A DNA stretch of 64,000 nt from Hormiphora californensis (taxonomy: Eukaryota > Animalia > Ctenophora), in assembly GCA_020137815.1 (NCBI GenBank), contig CM035356.1, forward strand, positions 1,054,001-1,118,000. Direction: 5' to 3'. The notes under the pieces were generated by a model. The model had not been told where the DNA came from, searched no databases, and saw only the letters and a list, made by a program, of their open reading frames with translations. The number at the start of each line of letters is the position of its first letter. Position 1 is the first letter of the stretch. Shown here piece after piece: positions 10,338 through 22,107 of this stretch. The position numbers were made by a program, and so were the translations under genes.

Positions 10338-11639
10338 ATGTTACACAAAGCGAGCGAAAACACTTCCGCCCAACAGCAAATGACACCCCTGTCCCAACTA
10401 CAGGAATTTCTCAACCTAAACCTAAACATCAGTTCAACCCCACCGTTCTACTTCAACTACTTGCCTGATGCCCAGCCGTCAGTTAACTACCCATCAGCTC
10501 CTCCCCAACAGACCAGCAATAACAACGGCGCAGCAGCAGCTGCAGCTTTCAGTGGCCATCATCACCAGAAGCAACAACAGTATCACCCCCAGCAACACAG
10601 CCAGCAACACAGCCAGCAACAGCAACATTCCAGATTGAGCAACACGTGGGCCCCAACACCAGCAAGAAACAGCAGTAATCCAACCTCTGAGCCTTACAGC
10701 CGTGGTGAACGAGCCTTTAACAATGGTGCAAGTTCCTGGTCGGAGCCGAGAAAAGTGGCCATGCCCGAACTGCAGTCAGCCCCAAACAACGCTAGTATTG
10801 AGTTCATGAAAGCCTTCACAAACGACCAACACCCCAAGCTCTGGGAAGGTGACCTCCAGCAACGTGATTACAATAACGGATCTGGAATTTTCAGCAAGAA
10901 AATCTTCATTGGCGGCCTTCCCCGGGACATGTCTGATGATGATATCCTGTCCATCTTCGGAAAGTATGACCCGGACGTACGAATTGAGTGGCCCGAAAGT
11001 CGACCTAACACCCGGACAACACCCAAGGGATACCTTTATATCATCTTCATGACGAATGAAAATGTCCGAAACCTGTTGTATAGGTGTAATCTGGTTATCG
11101 AGGGAGGTTGCGAAACCTTCAACTTCCCCATCATCTACAAGGGGAAAACGAAACAACTTCAAGTGATTCCCTGGCTTACATCTGACAGTTTCTACAAGTT
11201 TGCAGAACCGACTGAGATGCAGAGGGCAAAGTTCACTGTGTTTATTGGTGCACTACACGGTCGTCTGCACGCCAAAGCCGTTGCTTACATCTTCAACACG
11301 ATGTTCGGCAGTGTAATGTCTGTCACCATTGATACTGATCGGCACAAATACCCGACAGGATCGGGTCGGATAACTTTCAGCAGCAGAGAGAGCTACACTA
11401 AGGCTATCGTGGCAAACTTTGTGCAAATTGATGCCAAGAAGCTGAGCAAGAAAGTACAAATTGAGCCATGCATTGATGGCCAGAAATGTTGCACGTGCAA
11501 ACAGGAGGATGCGCCCAATTTCTGCAAGGAGGAACAGTGCTTCGAGTACTTCTGTAACGAGTGCTGGGAACAACATCACTATAAGTTCGAAAATATGAGT
11601 CATGTTCCTATCAGAAGAAAGAACCGATTTGAGATTTAG
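10338..11639 (+). CDS. CPEB1: CPEB1-subfamily paralog D with Q/H-rich N-terminus, intact, intronless (433 aa)
   Basis: Complete ORF; RRM-RRM-ZZ region almost identical to paralog A. Confidence 0.93.
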   Translation: MLHKASENTSAQQQMTPLSQLQEFLNLNLNISSTPPFYFNYLPDAQPSVNYPSAPPQQTSNNNGAAAAAAFSGHHHQKQQQYHPQQHSQQHSQQQQHSRLSNTWAPTPARNSSNPTSEPYSRGERAFNNGASSWSEPRKVAMPELQSAPNNASIEFMKAFTNDQHPKLWEGDLQQRDYNNGSGIFSKKIFIGGLPRDMSDDDILSIFGKYDPDVRIEWPESRPNTRTTPKGYLYIIFMTNENVRNLLYRCNLVIEGGCETFNFPIIYKGKTKQLQVIPWLTSDSFYKFAEPTEMQRAKFTVFIGALHGRLHAKAVAYIFNTMFGSVMSVTIDTDRHKYPTGSGRITFSSRESYTKAIVANFVQIDAKKLSKKVQIEPCIDGQKCCTCKQEDAPNFCKEEQCFEYFCNECWEQHHYKFENMSHVPIRRKNRFEI

Positions 11640-12832
11640 GAAAATTGTCGAGAGAAATATAATCGGTTTGTGCTTTGTAATTTGAATGTTATCGCTAGTT
11701 ACTGTGGGCGAGAAGTGAGTTATCATTATCATTAATTATTATTTATTAATTATACACCAGAATTGTCGTATCGATAATCAAATATTCAAATTTTCAAGTT
11801 AACTACTACACTGTTAAACAATTTTTTGTTCGTAAAACTTAAATATGACGTTTGAGAGACAAAGATACCAAAAACGAGAGAGTCACTTGAGACACCAGTT
11901 TTAATGTTTTCTAGTCGCTAAAAAATGTTTCCCCTTTTCCGTTTCCTTACTCATTTACTGTTCTCCAAAAGGGGGAAGGGAAGAAATATCTCATTCTTTA
12001 GCGTTATATAATTCGGTTTACCGAACGTTTATAGAGACCAAACAATTATAATTTTACTGAATATAGTTTTGGGAAAGCCCGACAGAATTAACTGCAGAAT
12101 TTTAGCCGAGTTGTGTCGAGCTTTCCCAACATTGCGTGCTCGGGAGTTTTCAAAAGAATTAGAAACGCTCTCGAGCACGCCTGTCGCCTACTCAATTATA
12201 GTGCCGTAGAGTGGTAGTATCTGATTTTGTGTCGCAGTGTCTGATTTTGTATTTTGTTTGTTTTCTAATTTCAATTTTTCCCAACCACTGCTTCTTCCTA
12301 CCCCATTTCTCTCTCCCTTTCCCAGTGACCTGACGTTGGGTTTAGTCACCGTTTAACCACTATCTCTCCCTGTCTAGCAATGCCAAGTTTAATAGCTGAA
12401 GACGCTCGATCACCACCCCATCACCACTCTCGCTGAGGATTCTCGTTACCAGGATGGGACCAGGACTTTTTTAGATGTACTTACATACCATGACATAAAG
12501 GGAATTGTGTCAAACGTGACAGTCAAATTACTGCAGTTTTTTGTTGTTACTTTACAGTGAGTGTAGTGTAGACTGTATATACTATAAGAGGGTGTAAAAT
12601 AAAATATACTATCGTCCAAAAGGGTAAATTATTGAAGTTACTTAGTGTGATTGACGCTTTTAACACGTTTAACACGTTTTATAATTGTTACTTTTATTTT
12701 GTGTACAAAATCGTTCTTGTGAGTAAATGGGTCATAAATAAGTGCATTTAGAGGGCCCCTTTTTCGAAATAAAACGATCTTGCTGCGCTGTTTATGACCC
12801 ATGTTTGACAATTGAAACCGGGCTGGGAACAA

Positions 12833-13013
12833 ATTATGTCATAGCACTGGCAAGTGCCCCGGGCCCAAAAGGGGGGTGTGGGGGCGCAGCCCCCACCATA
12901 AACGGGGGTGTGGGGGCAGAGCCCCCACCTTAGAAATACCCTCTAACTCAAAAAATAAAAGAGAGAGCGCACGGAACACTTCTACACACAAGCGCGTTAA
13001 CCTGCCAGTGCTA
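12833..13013. mobile_element. Likely end of a non-autonomous rolling-circle-type (Helentron/HINE-like) repeat
   Basis: 11-bp inverted repeat TAGCACTGGCA (12842-12852 / 13003-13013) enclosing two GGGGGTGTGGGGGC..AGCCCCC hairpin motifs. Confidence 0.35.
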
Positions 13014-13406
13014 CTATATACCATTGCAAATTTCGGGGTTTTTGATGCTTTAAAAATGCATGTTCCATATGAAGTAGAGGGATGAAATTTTGTACTCTAA
13101 GGGCCCTCATATAGGAGAAGAGGCATACAAAATTTCAGAATGATCGGATGTAAGGTAAAAATTTGCCAGAGGGGTCCCAAAATGCAAAAATGTAAGGGAT
13201 GGGAGGGGACGGGACGGGACGGGAGGGGAGGAGATTGAGTGTTCTCCTAAACCAGAAATAGTAGAGACTTGCCGTTTGGAACATTGGTTCCTTGCATTAT
13301 TTGGCGTGGTATAGGCTATGTGAAAATTTCGAAATCGCCATAGTTCATTAATTATTCATTAATTATTCATTAATTATTCATTTTAATAACTTAATTGCGT
13401 TATATC

Positions 13407-14017
13407 TCCACTTCGGCTCGTCCTAAAACGTTTTCATGGGTATATTCCGACTCAAAATAGTCGATTTATGGGGGGTCGTCCCCCGGACAAAAATTCGTAT
13501 CTCGCACCATTTAGCCGTTATTTGCATATTTATGCTCAAATTCATGATTTTATGCATACCCGTTAAAATGTCCACTTCGGCTGACCCTAGAACGTTTTCT
13601 TGGGTATATTCCGACTCAAAATAGTCGATTTATGGGGGGTCGTCCCCCGGACAAAAATTCGTATCTCGCACCGTTTAGCCGTTATTTGCATATTTATGCT
13701 CAAATTTATGCATATTCTTTAAAATTTCCACTTCGGCTGACCCTAGAACGTTTTCTTGGGTATATTCCGACTCAAAATAGTCGATTTGTGGGGGGTCGTC
13801 CCCCGGACAAAAATTCGTATCTCGCACCGTTTAGCCGTTATTTGCATATTTATGCTCAAATTCATGATTTTATGCATACCCTTTAAAATTTCCACTTCGG
13901 CTGACCCTAAAACGTTTTCTTGGGTATATTCCGACTCAAAATAGTCGATTTATGGGGGTCTTCCCCCAGACAAAAGTTCGTAACTCCCACCGTTTAGTCG
14001 TTATATGCATATTTATG
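13407..14017 (+). repeat. Approx. 160-bp tandem repeat, about 3.7 copies
   Basis: Unit TCCACTTCGGCTGACCCTAGAACG...GGGGGTCGTCCCCCGG... restarts near 13407, 13571, 13727 and 13891. Confidence 0.9.
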
Positions 14018-14089
14018 TAGCATTCAGATCCCAAAATAAAATCAGGAAAAAAGCTGTCTCTTTTTTACACCAAAAAGAACAGAAATTTA

Positions 14090-14502
14090 GTCCAAAAACC
14101 AATTAAATAAATTAGTTTGGATGCCCGGGCCCATTTGGTGTCACGGGGGTAAAACCTTTAGGCTACTGTCATAAATGATGAATATCGAGAGAGATAAAGA
14201 AAAACAAATTGTGATATAAAGAGTGAGATATATCGAGAAAGACGGAGAGATAGTGAGAGAAATATAAATAAAAGAGAGAAAAAAAGAGAAAGAGGGAAAT
14301 ATGGAGGTGGAGAGTGGGAGAAAGAGGAAAAGAGGGAGAAAGAGATAGAGGGATGGAGAGAAAGAGAAAAGAAAAACGAGAGATGTGTATTGAAAAATAA
14401 ACGAGATATGCCATTATTTATGACAGTAGCCTAAAGGTTTTACCCCCGTGACACCAAATGGGCCCGGGCATCCAAACTAATTTATTTAATTGGTTTTTGG
14501 AC
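14090..14502. mobile_element. MITE with approx. 87-bp perfect TIRs and TA target-site duplication
   Basis: 14090-14176 is the reverse complement of 14416-14502; TA on both flanks; AG-rich spacer. Confidence 0.85.
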
Positions 14503-15225
14503 TATCCATGTCCGATCAAGTGGGATATGGGCGCTAGACAGTTATGCAGACACAGTCTGGCACGCCCTTGGCTTGTCTGACAACGTGCCGCACGCCAAAA
14601 GTCAACATCGGTTTGGGCCGGGGCGCGCGAAAGGAAAGCAAACTTTTTCAGCATCAACTGTGACAGAAACCGAATTCCTCCTGTCAGGCCAATGCCCTGA
14701 CGGCTGACACTCACTTCATCCTATTTTGCTCATTCAGGAGTGGTAATTATGCTGAATTTACATGAGCTGAATGAAAATTATCATTGAACGACACTTTTTA
14801 TTTATCTGAAGCACCTTTTTAGCGAATTCTAAATTCCTGTTCGTGCAATTTGAATGGAAGGCGCGAAATTATTGACTTACCGCCGGAAATGCAACGCGCC
14901 GCGCAATCCTTCTTTGCATTTGGACATTTTTGCCGAGCACCCGGCTCAATTTCAAGATGGCCGTTTTTGTCACTTTTCAATTTGTGGTTTTCCCTTCTGC
15001 TTCAAGGTGTTGAGCCTGAGGTACCCAATATTCCGGCTATTTTCAATAGGCCCAGTTCTGGCATTCGGCCGAGTCTGCTGAACAACGGTAAACGTTTGCA
15101 GTGGGACTGTTTGAAATTCCTCTGTCAGGCCAATGCTCCTCGGACCTAGTGATAATAATAATAGAAATGAGCATTAAGATTTAAGAAATAATGACATTGG
15201 AAATTAATCAAAAGCATGTTTAGAA

Positions 15226-17843
15226 ATGACAGACCCAAATGATGTATTTTTCACCTCTTCCTCGGTCACACCTTCCACTCTCACCAACGTCACCCGGCTC
15301 GAAAATGAGATGGAGATGGATAGCACCCCAATATCTTCCTACACGAGACCCTCCGGAAAGAGACCGAGAAAGAAACCGTCTGCTGTCACTGTCTCTACCG
15401 TCTCAAAGGCCTCTACCTCTTCCACGGCAGATCCCTCTACCTCTTTCTCCTCGGAAGACATTGTCACCACAACAACTGACCCAGGCACAACTTCATTCTC
15501 AACATCTGATCAGAGTTTCTTATCCTTGATATTCTTCCAGGGGACCCTCGGAGCTGCATTCTACGATACCGAGCACTGCGTTCTGAACATTTTCAAAGAA
15601 ATCTCAGAGTGTGGTGATTTTCAGAACATTCTTCGGATGTGCTACCAGTGTTCCCCTGACAAGGTTATCATCAATTCGAAACAGCATCAAAAACTTTCCG
15701 AGCTCTTGGTAGAAAGCTTTTTTCAGGGAAATTCGGCTGCTGTAGAGGTGGTACCGGCATCCTTTTTTGTTTACGAACTCTCCAAAAGACGCCTACTGAA
15801 TCTAGCTCCATCAGGCCAGTCAGACGCCACAAATGACCACAAAGATATTTGGGTGAGCTCGGTGGTGAATTTAGATGACAAGAACAGTGTGAAAGCTGCT
15901 GGTGCCCTTCTACGGTATATTGATCAAAATAGAATTGGTATTGAGCTAGAGGAGAGTTTCATTCAGGCACCAATCCTTGGTGTTGCCCAGGTCTCTCTCA
16001 TGTCCTCGCTTTATCTAGATTCAAACACTCTGTATGCTTTGCAGATCTTTCAAGATGAAAATCATCCTTCCGCAGCAAAGAGAGGTCGGAGCCGAGGGAA
16101 AGAGGGTCTGAGTTTGTTTGGCAATATGAACAGGACTAAGTCTCGTTTGGGGTCGATACGATTAAAGCATTGGTTCCGTACCCCTTCTCGAGATATCAAC
16201 TTGATAAGGCAGAGACAAGAGGCAATTCAGTTTTTTACACTCAATGAAAACTTGGACAAAGTTCTCGCTATCTCTGATTGGCTAAGAAGTGTTAAAAATA
16301 TCACGAAAATCTTTGCCAAAATGGTCGCATCTCACATCTCCGTTCAAGACTGGCAGATTCTGTACAAAACTCTGTTTAGTGCCCTTTGTATTACGGACAT
16401 GTGTTCATTTATTACCGACGAAGTAGAGATAGTGCAAGATTTCCGAAACATCGATCTATCCGGACTACGAGAGGTTCTGGCTATGGTCAACAAAATCATG
16501 GATGTTGAGGAATCAAAACTAAAGAATCGGTTTGTTGTGAAGTATGGAATTGACATCGAGTTGGATGAAAAGAAGAGAGTTTATAATGGGCTCCCGGAGT
16601 TGATGACAAGCATAGCAGAACAGGAACTGGCTGATTTAGACCCAAGAATAGCAGAGTGTAGTGTGATCTATCTTCCTCAGCTAGGATATCTAGTATCGGT
16701 CCCCATTTACCCTTTCTTGACAGAGGAAACCCAGTACGCACTCCAGAATTTGGAGTTCGTCTTTGCGACAAGTGACGCTATCAACTACAAGAGTGAGCGG
16801 ACGAAAGAGTTGGATAGGTTGCTCGGTGACACTCAAAGCGAGATTTCCGACCATGAATCGGGTATTATGCACCGTCTACAGAACATGGTTCTACAACACA
16901 TGTCTCCAATTAACACGGCATTAGATTTTGTGGCTGAGTTAGATTGCCTGATCTCGATTGCGTCCTTCAGTAAGGATCATGATCTGGTGTTCCCCACGAT
17001 AACACCTGAGAAACAGATCAGTATAGTGGGAGGGCGACATATCCTCCACGAGCTATGTACTCGGCAGTTTGTTCCAAATGATACGTATCTTGACCCTAAT
17101 AACGGTCTGCTGACCATCATTTCCGGGCCTAACGCATCCGGGAAGAGTGTCTATCTGAAGCAGGTGGCCCTCATCACTTACATGGCTCATCTTGGGTCGG
17201 CTGTTCCGGCAACAAGTGCAGATATTTGTGTATGTGATTCAATTTTCACCCGTATCAAGTGTGTTGAGTCCGTATCAGTCAACCTGTCTACCTTTATGTT
17301 AGACCTCAATCAGATCACAAAGGCGTTAAACGGTGCAACAAGTCGGTCGTTGGTGATCATGGATGAGTTTGGAAAGGGAACATCGAGACACAACGGAATT
17401 GCCCTTTTTACGGCAACCATGCGACATTGGCTCGCCCGGGTTGGGGAATGTCCCTTTGTTCTCGCAGCCACTCACTACCACACCATATTCCACCGGCGAC
17501 TCCTACCACCCTCTCCCATTCTACGGTACAAGACCTTTGATATAGGGGACGATGGCTGGTGGTGGTTTAGTGTACCTTTTTAAGTTGATTGACGGGTACT
17601 GTCTGCATTCTCGTGCGACAAACGTTGCTCGATTGGCCGGAATTGACCAGTCCATCGTTGATAGAGCTGATGAGATATTATCACTCACGGACCACGGAAA
17701 AACAACCGCTCCAGCCTGACAGCGTAAAAGATAATAATTTTGAAAACTGCCAAACAGTTGTGAAAAGGTTTTTGGAAACTAATTTTGAGTTTGAAGAATC
17801 ATCACATGAGTTTATTAGTTGGTTAAAAAGCAATCTTTGTTAA
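15226..17843 (+). CDS. MSH5: MutS homolog 5 (meiotic crossover), intronless; two frameshifts near the 3' end (about 17557 and 17700)
   Basis: MSH5-type LQIFQDENHPS..KEGLSLFG, Walker A GPNASGKS, DEFGKGT. The shifted frames continue LVYLFKLIDG...ARLAGI...ENCQTVVKRFL to the stop at 17843. No N-terminal mismatch-binding domain. Confidence 0.93.
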
Positions 17844-17987
17844 AAATATTGTATGAATGTTGTTCCTTTAATAACCACTCAATGTTTTATTGTCCATCCC
17901 TGGACCCCGACCGCTAAAATCATATTATCCCCTGCACTGATTACCAAATGTTTCCCCAATTATACCCCATCTCCTTGTTAGGGTACA

Positions 17988-19959
17988 ATGATTTACCCCC
18001 CGACATCCGAAGAAACATTCTCGATCGGAGAAGAGGTTCTGGCTAAATGTGGTGATGCCTTCTACCGATCAATTGTCATCAGTATCATGAGCAGTGGTAA
18101 GATAACAAACTTTATTCAGAGATTTTTATTGGATCTCCCACTTATAATGGAGTTTTGTAGGATGAAGTTTTTGTTTTTGTAAATAATTGATCTCCAAACT
18201 ATCTCAGACTTGTACGAAGTGCGATTGATTGACCACAACAGGGTGCAAAAAGTATCCAAGGCTAACTACCAGATCAAAAAGGTAAGGAACATAAAATTAT
18301 ACAATAATTCAGGCTTCCGTGGTTAATACTTAATTATAAGATTTGTTTCCTCATTAGTAATTAATTAACTAAACTCATTTTCAGTTCGGATCAACAGCAC
18401 CGCCAGTTCCAATCCCCGATAAGTCCCCAAAACAGTGGAATAACTTCACCGCCGACTCGACTTCCTTCTTCCAAAACAACGCCAATGTCACCAAACAACC
18501 TGGAACAACACCCCTGAAAACTCATCTGTTCAGATCTCCCCGACTGTTCAAAACCTCCCCTCGGCCGCTTTACAACGGTATCAGAAACGGAAAACCCAGC
18601 CCGATTATGACCATGTCAAACGCCAGCCCGGGAATTCTCAACAGCCCCGGAATGCTCGCCAGTCCTAGCCTCATTGCAATCAAGGACAACCTGGACCAGA
18701 TTATGGGAGATTGTTTTGATAGCTATGAGAGAGCTCCAAGTGCAACGCCCAGGAATTTCCCCTTGACACCAGGCAATAATAAGGGCTTCACCTCCTTCTT
18801 TTTCCCACCCGTACCCTCCCCTCTGTTGAGCGATCGGATTCAAAACCCTGGTAACATCAGCCCGACGATGAAGGATCCCTACACCGCGGTATCAATGGAG
18901 CCACTTCTGAATGAGTCCCGTCCTTACAGCCTAGCGCCCTCCCATAGACACTTCTTTCCAAAGGCTGCGGCAGCGTCCTTCCCCCGTGCCAGCTATTCTC
19001 ACTTCTTCTGTGCCAACACGGTACCAACGGTGCCCCAAGATCGCAGCCCCGATCGCATTTCTCCCACAAGACCTGCTTCAACCAGCTCTGCGGCAGCTGT
19101 AGCCACTGATGCCCTGAACAGTTATCACGATATCCCTACATGGACTGGTCGCCTCCCTCCCAAGAACAACATCGACACAAAGTACTCACGGAAGGTCTTT
19201 CTTGGTGGTGTCCCCTGGGATATTACCAATGATGATCTGCAGAAGAAGTTCAACGAATTTGGATCTCTTCAAATCGAGTGGCCGCCCACCAAAAACGGCC
19301 AAAAACCCAAGGGGTTTGTGTACATCGTGTTCGATGAACACTGTTCTGTCAACAGGCTACTGGAGCATTGCTGCTGGTCAGCACGGTACTTCCGGCACCA
19401 CATTGACGATGGGACGGTGTTTAAATCGCATGTCCGGTCTGGCAAGATGCCAAACAAGGAGATCCAGGTAGTTCCGTGGAACATCAACGACAGTACCAAG
19501 GTTAACGGTCCACAGGACAAGGTTAACATGAAGAATCAGGTGTTCATAGGGGGTCTACACGGCATGTTCACCGCCACATTTATCAGTAAAGTGATGAATG
19601 ACATTTTTGGAAATGTGGTCTATGTGGAGATCGATACGGACAAGTATAAGTACCCCCTCGGCTCGGGCAGGGTGAACTTCTCTAGTGACTTCAGCTACAA
19701 GCAGGCCATTCAGGCGAAATACGTCAAGATTCTCTGTCAGGTCCAGAAGATTGAAAAGAGGATTCAAATTGACCCATACATCCGTGAGAATGAATGCTGC
19801 AGTTTGTGTACCAGTCGGGAGGGACGGCGGGATAGCCCCGGACCGATTGATTACTGCCGGGCCTGTCTGGAATACTTCTGTAACGAGTGCTTCAATCGAC
19901 ATGCGTTGCGACTTCAGGGGAAGCATGAGAGAGTCACCAGGCAGAGGCATGGGAAATAA
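17988..19959 (+). CDS. CPEB1: Tudor-like domain-CPEB1 fusion, paralog E (exons 17988-18096, 18208-18281, 18385-19959; about 585 aa)
   Basis: GT-AG introns with matching phases (1, 0). Exon 3 is open for 74 codons into ORF 18607. Canonical YSRKVFLGGVPWDIT, VFIGGLHG, IDTDKYKYPLGSGRV, IQIDPY and ZZ finger; many S/T-P sites. Confidence 0.88.
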
Positions 19960-21503
19960 GTCCTTTCACCCCTAACACAAGCCAGGGAATTGAGAAAAAA
20001 CTTCCACACGGGTTAATGAGTTGTAGAGTTAATATTTTTAAATAACCATAGTATAAAAGTAAAGAATCATACTGTTGTGTCGATCTACCTACAAATCTTC
20101 ACTTCCTTTATATTTGCACACTTTACAAGTCAAATCAAGAGATAGGTTTTTTAAGTCCAAGAAGAAAAAAAGATAAAGAAATAAAAAACATCACCACTAT
20201 AACACTAACATATTTGAGAACCGAACATAATACTAATCACTAAATACATATACACACCTTTTAAATATTCCCCCTTGTTTTCTATCATTTATCGTGTGAA
20301 GATTTTTGAACGTTTTGGCCTTTTGTATTTTCCGTGTGTCGATTATTTTTTCGATCTTCGGCGACTTTTCCAATTGCCCCCCGCAAATTTTTATCGATCA
20401 TCGGTTTTTATTGTTGTCGTGGTGTGTTTCTGTTGAAGAAAGCATTATATATGTTTACAGCAAATTGCTTTTTTGAGTTAAAATAAATAATCAATTACAT
20501 ACTATACATTAATCCATATTACGTATATCATACACTATCTACACTACTATATTATATTCGACATTATTATCGGTTATATTATTTGTTACATCTCCGAACA
20601 GTTTTGTTTTAGAACCCTTTATACATAGTACCAATATCAATATCAATAATACGAGGTGGTACAGGATCAATCCACATACATAAATATTGTTATTCATAGT
20701 TTATTGTCCTTATTATTATTTTTACTACATATATTATGTATCACACATTTATAACTTATTAGTCATATTTTAACACATATATTAATCTCCATACTACGTA
20801 TTAATATTATAATGTATATCATATTATTATCATTATGTATTACAATTATTTATTTGTTACATATTATGTATTATTATTCTTATCTATTTATAGTAAAAGT
20901 ACTAAAAGTATATCTACTTGTATCGTTTTATTGTCAAGTTTGGAAAAGTTTGTTTTGTCAATGGTCGATTAGTCGAAGTGAGCATGTTTTTTAGTTGAGA
21001 ATAAAGAATCTTATTAACGTTTTTTTGGAACCAAGTTTTATATCCCATAGTTTTATGCACCCTAATTTATAAAGTTGATTTATAAATTATATCAAATTTA
21101 TAAACTGTAAATAACTTTATAGCAAGAACCTGGGTGCCCTTATCTATAGTTATAACATCTATTGTAATCGCCGTGGATGCAGTAAAAGGTGCTCAAAATA
21201 ATATCCCAAAAAGTTCTGGAGATCCCGTTTTTGAGCAACTTATACTGCGAATCCCTTGCATGATATTACAAATATATTTTCCCTAATTGTCTGTAGAAGT
21301 AATTTATCTGTGTTATACACCCTATACATAAAATATATTTATCTTTAAATGTCATACAAGGTTTTTCATCTTTTTCACAATTATTTAGTTCACCTTGTTT
21401 TAATTCTTTCCCAAAACAATCCCCCTACCCGCCCCTAGGCCCTATTCCCTAAACTAGTTCAATAGCCATCTATTTCAACATATTAGCTCATAAAAAAAGT
21501 AAA

Positions 21504-21901
21504 ATGCCCGCCGGAAAGAAACGAGTTGCTGAAGAAAAAGAAGACATTACCAAGAGATTAAAAGATGACGTAACTCGGGACGAACCTGATATTTTGGTAA
21601 GTGCAAGCAGTTAACAGTCCGTATAATGGATTAAGTTCTTCTCAACCCATTTTCAACCCGATTATTCTTTGAAATTAAGATGGAATGAACTAACACCCCT
21701 CCGACAGGGTTCTCAAGAGGGTGGAGATGCCTCCGATCAAATGACAAGCTTCATGAGGATGTTCCAGAACTCCGTATCCCAGCGGACGGACACAAGGAAG
21801 CGACACTCGGAACAGTTCTTTAATGCAAGCATCAAAGTGAGCAGCAAGAAGTTAGATGAGGTTGCCAAACAAGGTATGTGTGATATCTGCCGGGCAATGC
21901 T

Positions 21902-21943
<42 letters not shown>

Positions 21944-21973
21944 CTCTCTCTCTCCTCTCTCTCTCTCCTCTCA

Positions 21974-22006
<33 letters not shown>

Positions 22007-22068
22007 CTCTCTCCTCTCTCTCATCTCTCTCTCTCTCTCCATCTCTCGTCTCTCCTCTCTCTCTCTCG

Positions 22069-22107
<39 letters not shown>

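Noticed and set aside
11783-11830. Possible spliced-leader RNA gene
   Set aside because: Only loose AT-rich resemblance to leaders as I recall them; no convincing donor or Sm site.
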